From the NCBI GenBank assembly GCA_965213925.1, contig OZ243927.1, positions 1,952,001 to 2,016,000 on the forward strand: a stretch of DNA of 64,000 nt, in the 5' to 3' direction. Position numbers and translations under genes: made by a program. Position 1 is the first letter of the stretch, and each line of letters starts with the position of its first letter. Under the pieces are notes generated by a model. That model worked only from the letters and a program-made list of their open reading frames with translations. It made no database searches and was not told the origin of the DNA. This DNA is from Trueperaceae bacterium. GTDB lineage: Bacteria > Deinococcota > Deinococci > Deinococcales > Trueperaceae. Positions 58,201 to 64,000 of the stretch are shown here, piece by piece.

Positions 58201-61200
58201 CCCTACGGAGGACGCGCAGCTTAGCGCCGACCTCTCGTTCTCGCAGGATTTGTCGTGGAACGCCGAGGTCACGGGCGACGGGACGTATCGGGGCGCGCCC
58301 GCCGGCGTACAGGCGACGGTTTCGGGTGAGGGTCAGAATTACAGAGGTGAGGGCGCGTTGCGCGTGCGTGACGGCAGGGTCCCGTTTCAGGTGAGCGGGT
58401 CGGGCGGGGACGTGGAGGCGAGCACGCAGCTTGACACCTTCGACCTCGCCAACGTGCAGGGGCTCGTGCCGGGCTCGCCGACGGGGACCGCCTCGGGCAC
58501 GGCGCGCTTCAGCCGCACGGGTGACGGGCTCAGCTACGGCGCCGACTTGACCGCTTCGGGCACGGCGCAAGGAAGACCGCTCGACGTGCGCGTCCGCGCG
58601 GACGACGAAACGGGTGTGGACATCACGGGCGAGGTCGCGGGGACGAGGGTCGCACTGGGCAACGCGGCGAGCGGCGAGGCGAACACCTATGACCTGTCCT
58701 TAGACGAAGGTCCGCTGACACTCCAAGCGCAAGTGAGGGCGGGGGAGAGGTTGAGCGTAACCGGGGACGGCACCTTCCAAGGTGAGCCGCTGAGCGTGGC
58801 GGGGTCGCTCGAGCCCGCCACCTTCACAGGCGACCTCAGCGCGACTTTGGGCGACGCGACGCTCGATGTGGACGCCACAGCTCAACAGATACAGGGCGAC
58901 CTCAGCGCGCCTAACGGCGTGTTGAACGTCGCGCAACCCTTCAGCGCCGACTTTCGCGCGTCGCGCGAGAACGGGCAGTTCGCGCTGACCTCTCTGAGCG
59001 CCGCGTTACCGCAGAGCGACCTCGCGTTATCGCTCGCGGGTCCTGCTTGGCCCAGAGCGAACCTCGCGGGCAGCTTGCGAACGGGCGTGCTGAATGAGCC
59101 TATTGAGGTCGGCTTTAGGCAAGAGGACGGGTATCTCCTGCTTTTAGAGCCGGGCGACTTGGTGCTGCTCGCGGACCTCTCGCCGAGCTTCGCTCTGGAA
59201 TCGCTCCTGGCGGAGGGGTCGCTCGAGGTCGCCAACACGAACCTCGTCAGTGACCTCGCGTGGCGCTCTGAAACGGGCTTCTCCGGCGAGGCGCAAGCGG
59301 TGTTCGCGCAGGGCGAGGCGAACGCCGCTTTGACGCTCGCGGGTCAGGGTGATCTCGAGGTGTCGGGTCTGGTCGGCTACAGCGGCGAAGAGGTCGCGAC
59401 GCTTCAAGCCGCGCTGAGCCGCGCGCCCTGGCGTGATGGGAGCGTCGCGGGCAGCGTGAACGTGGCTGCGCCCGTAAACGACCTCAGCGCGGCGTATCCC
59501 GGCGAGCCGCTCGCGCTGAGGAGCGACCTGACGCTCGGCGGCACGCTGAGTCAGCCTAACCTCGCGGGTCCGGTGACGCTTGAAGGTGCGCTAGAAGCGG
59601 TGGGCGCGTTACGGGCGTCGCGTGAGGGCGCGACCTTCAATTTGGAAGGGGAGGACTTAGTGGCAGCGGCGCAAGCCGCGCCGCAGGGCTGGACGTTCTC
59701 CCTAGACGCTGACGCGCTGGGCGTACAAGACCTCTTGCCGCCTTTGGACGCGCCACGCTTGTCGGCGCAACTTCGGGGCGAGGGCACGTGGGGCGGCTCG
59801 CCGAACGTGCGGGCGGAGACGCTCCTCCTGGAAACCGTGCGCAGCCGCGTGGCGGGCGAACTCCTCTATGACGGCGCGCTCTTCGCGCCCTTAGACCTCA
59901 GGGTGAACTTGGCGGAACTAGGTGACCTGCGCGGCGAGGTGGCGGGCTCTCTCCTCATCGGCAGCGCGACCTCTTTGGAAGGGACGCCGCTCTCGGGCGC
60001 TCTGGTCGTGCGAGACGCGGGTCTCGCCGAGGCTCCCTGGAGCTTGGCGGGCGCGCTGGACCTAGGCGGCACGCTCGCCGCGCCGACCTTGGAAACGCGC
60101 TTGGAGGGAACGGGCAGCGCGACAGGCGACCTCACGGCGCGCCTGGAGCCGGGGCGCTACGCCGCGCTGACGAGCACGTTGGCGCTCGGGGCGTTCGGGA
60201 GCGACTTGCGCTTGCGCTTGCGCTTGGGCGAGTTGGCGGCGGGGGGACAGCTCGCCTTCGCCGACTACGCCCTCGCGCTGAGCACCCCCGACGCGCTGCC
60301 CGAGAACACGGTCCTGCTCTCCGGCAACGAGAAGTTGGCGGGCTGGCGCGGCGTGGTGAGCACCGAAGCGGCGCAGCTCACGGGCGAGCTGGGAAGTTTG
60401 TCGCCGCAACTTGGAGGCGCGGTGAGCCTCGAGGCGGCTTGGGGGTCTGAAACGCGCGTGGCGGGCTCGTTCACCGACTTACGGGTAGGGTCCTTTGCGC
60501 TGGGCGACCTCATCCTCGACTCGGAGCGTGCGGCGGGAAGTTTAGAGAGGCTCACCTTACAAGGCGACGTTCTCAGCGCGGCGCTCGACTTGATGGGTAC
60601 TCCGGCGTGGCAGCTCTCGCGCCTCGAGCTGCCCCTTCCCAGCGACAGCACGCTCGTCGCGGAAGGGTCGGGGACCTTTAACGAGGGGTCGCTAGACGCG
60701 GCCCTTTCGGGTACCCTCTCCGGCGAAACGCTTCAGGTGCCGCTCGCGGTGCGCTACGGGGACGAAGGTCTCGCCGTGCGGTCTCAGGCGGACCTCTTGT
60801 CGGGCACGCTGGATTTGGATGCACGTTACAGCATGTTAGAGGGCGCAACGGGCGGCTGGTCGGGTCAGTTGGCGCTGCTAGGCGTCACCTTGCAAAACGC
60901 GACTGCGGACGTGCAGGGTGCGCTTTCGGGCGCGCTCTCTGCGCCGACCTTAGACGGTACGCTCTCCCTGACGCAAGCACAGAACACCTTGGAAGGCACC
61001 TTTTTAGCGCGTCCGGGCGAGGTGCGCCTCGAGCAACGTTTAGCCTCACCCCTTCTCGCGGAGCCGCTCGCGCTGACCGGGAGCTTAGCGCCCCTCGAGC
61101 TAGCGCTAAGCGTCTCGCCGCAAAATCAGCTCGTCGTCTCACGCGAAGAGGGCGTGCTGGCGGCGTCCGGGGCGCTGGCGCTGGGTACGGGGCCGGCGCA

Positions 61201-64000
61201 GGTCCGTTTCACGCCGAGCGAGGTGGCGGGCGGCTGGCTCGACCTCCTCCTTACCTCCGTGCAGACGCCCGGTCTGGCGCTCTCAGGCACGCTGCCGAGC
61301 GGTCCGCCGCAGGTGTGGCTCCCCGAGGTGTTGGATGGTTTTACGCTCTCGGGCGTTCAGGACACGCAGGGCAGTGTGACGGTGCAGGCGCAACCGACGC
61401 CCCGCGCCACGCTCCAGGCGTTACGCTGGAGAACCGACTTAGGCACGCTCGCTTTGGAGGGGACGGCTATGCCCGGCGACGTGGACGTGCAGGGGTCGTG
61501 GCGCGGCGCGGAAGAGGTGCCCCTAACAGAAACGACGTTTCTTCCCTGGCTCGCTGAGGTTAGAGCGCTCCCCTTCGAGCTCGAGGTCGCAGGCAGCCGC
61601 GCCGAGGTCACGGCGGCGGGCGGCGTCGGCACATTAGACGCCAGCGTGGACTGGGCGGCAAATACCGCCGCGCTGAACGCCGACCTCACGCTCGGCGCGG
61701 GCGAAGATGCGGGTGAGTTCGACGCGGCGCTGCGCTACACGCCGGAAACGGGACCGCAGGGAGATATCCGGCTGCTTGAGGTTCCTCTAGCCGATGCGCC
61801 CGACTTGCCGACCCTGACCCTCACCACGCTCCTCACCGCCGACCCGCGCGGGCTGCGCGGCAGCGGCACGCTCGGCGTGGGTGACGGTCAGGCGACGGTA
61901 CAGGGGCAGCTCGGCTGGGCGCAGATGCTCCCTCAAGAGGTCTTAGAAACCTACTTGCCGCAGGGCAACAGCGCCCGCGTCGCGCGGCTCCGTCTGGACG
62001 CCCTCAACGTCTCGGAGTTGCCCGCCGCGTCGCGCCGCCTGCCCAACCTAGACGCGCCGCTGAGCGGGGTCGTGCGGATCAACGGTCGTCAGGTCTTGGG
62101 GCAGCTCGTCAGCCCCGACTTGCGCGTCACCGACACGGCGCTGCCGACCCAAGTCGAGCTGAGCGGCACGGTGCAGGACTTAGAAGCGAGGGCGAGCTTG
62201 GGGCGCAGCCAGCTCCGGGTAGGGTACGACGGCGAGAACGTCACAGGCTTTTTCGACCTCGAGCAGTTCCCCTTGGAAATTTTGGCGGAAGCCGCCACCG
62301 ACGCCAGCACGGTCAGCGCCTCCGCCACGGGCGCGGCCCGCTTCGACGTGCCTTTGGGCGCGCCCGCGCAGAGCTACGTGCAGGTCGCGACCGAGCGCCT
62401 CATCTTAAAGCGTGAGGGCGCGACTAACACTCAGGTCACGCGCGGCGAGGTCGCGCTCCGCTACGACGAAGGCGGGCTCATCGTCGACCGCGCCGAATTC
62501 CGCGGCGGCGGCTTCTGGCGCGCCGAGGGGCGCGTCACCCGTGACGTGCTCGACCTCTCGCTCCAAGCCGAGAGCGCCGACGTCACGCCGCTTCTTAGCC
62601 TCGTGCCGCAACTTGCCGCGCTGGGTGTCGGGGCGCAAGGCTCGCTCAGTTTAGAGGCGACAGGGAGTTTGGGCGAGCCGCAGCTCGAGCTGACGAGCCC
62701 CAACTTGCGCCTCCGCTTGGCGGGCTCGTCGTACCGTCTGACGGGGACGAAGGTCACGCTGGAAAATGAGGACCTAGATATCGTCGCCGCTTTAGAGGGC
62801 GTCGCGCCCATCAGCGGCAACCTCGCGCTCCAGGGGGGCGGTCAGCTCAGCCTCTCGCCCTACAACCTGCAAAACTTCGCTTTAGGTTTCGAGGGCGCGG
62901 CGACCTTGCCTGTACTCGGCGCGGTGCAGGACATTTCGGGCGAGGTCACGACGGACGCGGGCGACTGGTTGCTCGATAGCCAGGCGCGGCTCGGTCGCCC
63001 CGTCACGCTAGCGGGAAGCTTGCTGCCGCTCGACCTCGAGCTGCGCGGCGACAGCCTCGACCTCAACGCCAAAAACTTCTTCGTCGCCTCCTCGTCCACG
63101 GACCTCGCCATCGACATCTCGCGGCGCGGCGAAAATTTCGTCATCTCAGGCGACGCCGTCGTTGACGCGGCGCGGCTGACACCTGCGAGGGAGCAGACCG
63201 CCGACAGTGGGTCGGCGAACGGGTCCGCAAATAGCGCGAACACGAGCGCGGCGCAGCCTGCAGGTCGCGGTACCACCGGCGCGCCGCGACCCGCGGGCGC
63301 ACCGCTCGACGCGACGATCGAGCCGGGCGAGGGCGGCTCGAGCAGCGCAACTGCGATGACCAACACAACTGTGACGACGAGCGCCGTACCGAGCGTCGTC
63401 CCGGATATCGCACCTAACCCGGTATCCAATCTGGACGCTGACGAAGCTGACATCTCTCTGCCCGCGTCCGCCGCGTCGCCCGCCGCCCCGAACCCCGTAC
63501 TGCAGCGCGTCCTCTTCGAAGGCGTCGACATCCTCGCGCAGAGTAGCGTCGTGTTCCGCGCGGGCTTCGGCACGGCTGAACTGACCTTCGACCTCGACTT
63601 GACGGGCTCTGCCGCCGCCCCGGAACTCTCGGGCGTCGCCCGCATTTTACAGGGAACGGTCCGCTTCTCCGGCAAAGACTTCGTCATCGAAGAGGGTACG
63701 GCGACCTTTCAGCCCTCCCAGGGCGCGTTTCCGGCGCTCGACTTAGAGGCGCGGGCAACCTTCGACAAGGGGGATGCGCTGGGCAACTTACGTAACCGCT
63801 ACGAATTCATCGAGCCGCGCGAGGGCGCGACCTTTAGCACGCAGCTCAGCGTCACCGGCACCTTCGAAGAGGTCGACGGACAACCCCGCCCCGTCCTCGA
63901 CCTAGAGCCGAGCTTGAGCAGCGACGCGGTGGTCCAGGAGCAAGGCAGCGGCACGCCGAGGTCCTTGCAGGAGCCCGAGCTGGTCTCGCTCCTCACGTTA
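55241..64000 (+). CDS. tamB: Very large TamB/AsmA-like protein, 3'-truncated by the window edge (at least 2900 aa)
   Basis: Absent from the ORF track because no stop falls in the window; spot-translated in one frame at start (TM anchor RVLVPVALCALVLALYF, GNLWHG), middle and end (ALDLEARATF...LQEPELVSLLTL, DUF490-like); no competing ORF in that frame; alternative ATG at 55277. Confidence 0.85.
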   Translation, partial: MSNSRLYVKLSLMSQPSRERSNGVLSALRGARVKKRVLVPVALCALVLALYFVPQLPPVRGWVLSRVQNVVSNLGYDLSYARSAGNLWHGATLRGAEVTGPGVDTRLERLSLDYNLLGLFAGRFPFSVSAADVSGDINPQEVEVPRGGGGVPIRPVLRDVDVSGVNLNINDVPYTLPDLSVADLNVNDTENGLNAAATLATPQGEAQVDADVAFSPLQVDARLPRVDLAMAKHYFGGVEGGQASGTVTYADGATRADLDVTEGAVTVVGTTITGLSGPVNYEGQEITADLTGRALGGDVQGDAVVDISAQQWRADVTGNAQLSEAAAWLAQGNLPEDVVTGDADVSLSLAGWQQIDLTGQAQGRGEVFGKPLNDLNVDFGFETETGTNVQANGTLMGGPFTANLTPLEGGGFGIQAQADGVGVTEQFRANVRADLRQSEGLTGDALLELSGTAAGRELSLNADAVALEGGGWNIDLSGGDDLGATLSGEVALRGEEVTGDLRAQRVSLEGTPVQAEPLNAVLSADGTLSELPVTLRLGTQNALTPSVAGVELASDLSGEARAVLDGTNLRDLSARFGPLVAEGAFDLAQQTGRLEYALDDLSLDGRVQGSLSLQGGVLERNEDALTSQVTVDATDLVAFGVSPFDLNADVSLEGASLENAQDLTGTVDGVLAFTEDATLDLSGTFRDLSVTGTLPADLLVASDAVTLNGDVRLDAQANLLEPSYGLETVWGTAEQSFELKAQGRGGQAEGTFSAEGLDGTFSTQGGPQARLEADGFTLSPFLAQPNVNATLDGSLSYTGGWDGALTAQVDAPLDATARLVGAGDALRLEAQTAQGALDASVNASVSGQVLPALELDVNASAAQRAQLRGTLNRTSFDGTLQTQAVETPQASVDAQSAQVQASLSDGLSAQLSGENIDLNLNGGTWTGNVDLPFTLRGEAHTLQASVSGQTATPQVDGNVQGPLVQGPVSASRQGGQASLNVDAAPFLPTEDAQLSADLSFSQDLSWNAEVTGDGTYRGAPAGVQATVSGEGQNYRGEGALRVRDGRVPFQVSGSGGDVEASTQLDTFDLANVQGLVPGSPTGTASGTARFSRTGDGLSYGADLTASGTAQGRPLDVRVRADDETGVDITGEVAGTRVALGNAASGEANTYDLSLDEGPLTLQAQVRAGERLSVTGDGTFQGEPLSVAGSLEPATFTGDLSATLGDATLDVDATAQQIQGDLSAPNGVLNVAQPFSADFRASRENGQFALTSLSAALPQSDLALSLAGPAWPRANLAGSLRTGVLNEPIEVGFRQEDGYLLLLEPGDLVLLADLSPSFALESLLAEGSLEVANTNLVSDLAWRSETGFSGEAQAVFAQGEANAALTLAGQGDLEVSGLVGYSGEEVATLQAALSRAPWRDGSVAGSVNVAAPVNDLSAAYPGEPLALRSDLTLGGTLSQPNLAGPVTLEGALEAVGALRASREGATFNLEGEDLVAAAQAAPQGWTFSLDADALGVQDLLPPLDAPRLSAQLRGEGTWGGSPNVRAETLLLETVRSRVAGELLYDGALFAPLDLRVNLAELGDLRGEVAGSLLIGSATSLEGTPLSGALVVRDAGLAEAPWSLAGALDLGGTLAAPTLETRLEGTGSATGDLTARLEPGRYAALTSTLALGAFGSDLRLRLRLGELAAGGQLAFADYALALSTPDALPENTVLLSGNEKLAGWRGVVSTEAAQLTGELGSLSPQLGGAVSLEAAWGSETRVAGSFTDLRVGSFALGDLILDSERAAGSLERLTLQGDVLSAALDLMGTPAWQLSRLELPLPSDSTLVAEGSGTFNEGSLDAALSGTLSGETLQVPLAVRYGDEGLAVRSQADLLSGTLDLDARYSMLEGATGGWSGQLALLGVTLQNATADVQGALSGALSAPTLDGTLSLTQAQNTLEGTFLARPGEVRLEQRLASPLLAEPLALTGSLAPLELALSVSPQNQLVVSREEGVLAASGALALGTGPAQVRFTPSEVAGGWLDLLLTSVQTPGLALSGTLPSGPPQVWLPEVLDGFTLSGVQDTQGSVTVQAQPTPRATLQALRWRTDLGTLALEGTAMPGDVDVQGSWRGAEEVPLTETTFLPWLAEVRALPFELEVAGSRAEVTAAGGVGTLDASVDWAANTAALNADLTLGAGEDAGEFDAALRYTPETGPQGDIRLLEVPLADAPDLPTLTLTTLLTADPRGLRGSGTLGVGDGQATVQGQLGWAQMLPQEVLETYLPQGNSARVARLRLDALNVSELPAASRRLPNLDAPLSGVVRINGRQVLGQLVSPDLRVTDTALPTQVELSGTVQDLEARASLGRSQLRVGYDGENVTGFFDLEQFPLEILAEAATDASTVSASATGAARFDVPLGAPAQSYVQVATERLILKREGATNTQVTRGEVALRYDEGGLIVDRAEFRGGGFWRAEGRVTRDVLDLSLQAESADVTPLLSLVPQLAALGVGAQGSLSLEATGSLGEPQLELTSPNLRLRLAGSSYRLTGTKVTLENEDLDIVAALEGVAPISGNLALQGGGQLSLSPYNLQNFALGFEGAATLPVLGAVQDISGEVTTDAGDWLLDSQARLGRPVTLAGSLLPLDLELRGDSLDLNAKNFFVASSSTDLAIDISRRGENFVISGDAVVDAARLTPAREQTADSGSANGSANSANTSAAQPAGRGTTGAPRPAGAPLDATIEPGEGGSSSATAMTNTTVTTSAVPSVVPDIAPNPVSNLDADEADISLPASAASPAAPNPVLQRVLFEGVDILAQSSVVFRAGFGTAELTFDLDLTGSAAAPELSGVARILQGTVRFSGKDFVIEEGTATFQPSQGAFPALDLEARATFDKGDALGNLRNRYEFIEPREGATFSTQLSVTGTFEEVDGQPRPVLDLEPSLSSDAVVQEQGSGTPRSLQEPELVSLLTL

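Noticed and set aside
55501..63996. Many short ORFs in the track, mostly minus strand
   Set aside because: Shadow ORFs of the single long plus-strand TamB-like frame in high-GC DNA

Overview
GC-rich bacterial chromosomal window, most likely Deinococcota and Truepera-like. That call is inferred from a PriA with degenerate helicase motifs, a multi-GAF HD-GYP protein, a very large TamB-like ORF and several leaderless starts. Positions 1.6-12.1 kb hold a Wzx/Wzy-type glycan locus (glf, sulfotransferase, GT2/GT4) interrupted by a decayed toxin-antitoxin remnant. Positions 17.8-33.0 kb hold a second glycan locus of two convergent operons: GT2, GME-like epimerase, GT4s, a multi-TM membrane protein and a sulfotransferase on the plus strand; a small Thr/Ala-tailed two-TM peptide, DUF1616, CPBP protease, secreted protein, TPR, O-antigen-ligase-like protein, flippase and pyruvyltransferase on the minus strand. 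An AT-rich core spans about 22.3-28.5 kb. This second locus is the best candidate for an undescribed system: a peptide/protein glycosylation and processing module of apparently archaeal-like type. The rest holds housekeeping and accessory genes (priA, xylB and a sugar porter, btuF/pduO-like, a class IV aminotransferase plus sulfotransferase-like pair, a DesKR/YvfRSTU-like module, vapBC, trpC, acyP) and a TamB-like ORF of over 2900 codons that runs off the window and is missing from the ORF track. A four-copy dispersed MITE-like repeat and a REP-like motif occur in intergenic DNA. No rRNA, tRNA or CRISPR array was seen. All family calls come from motif recognition, not database searches.
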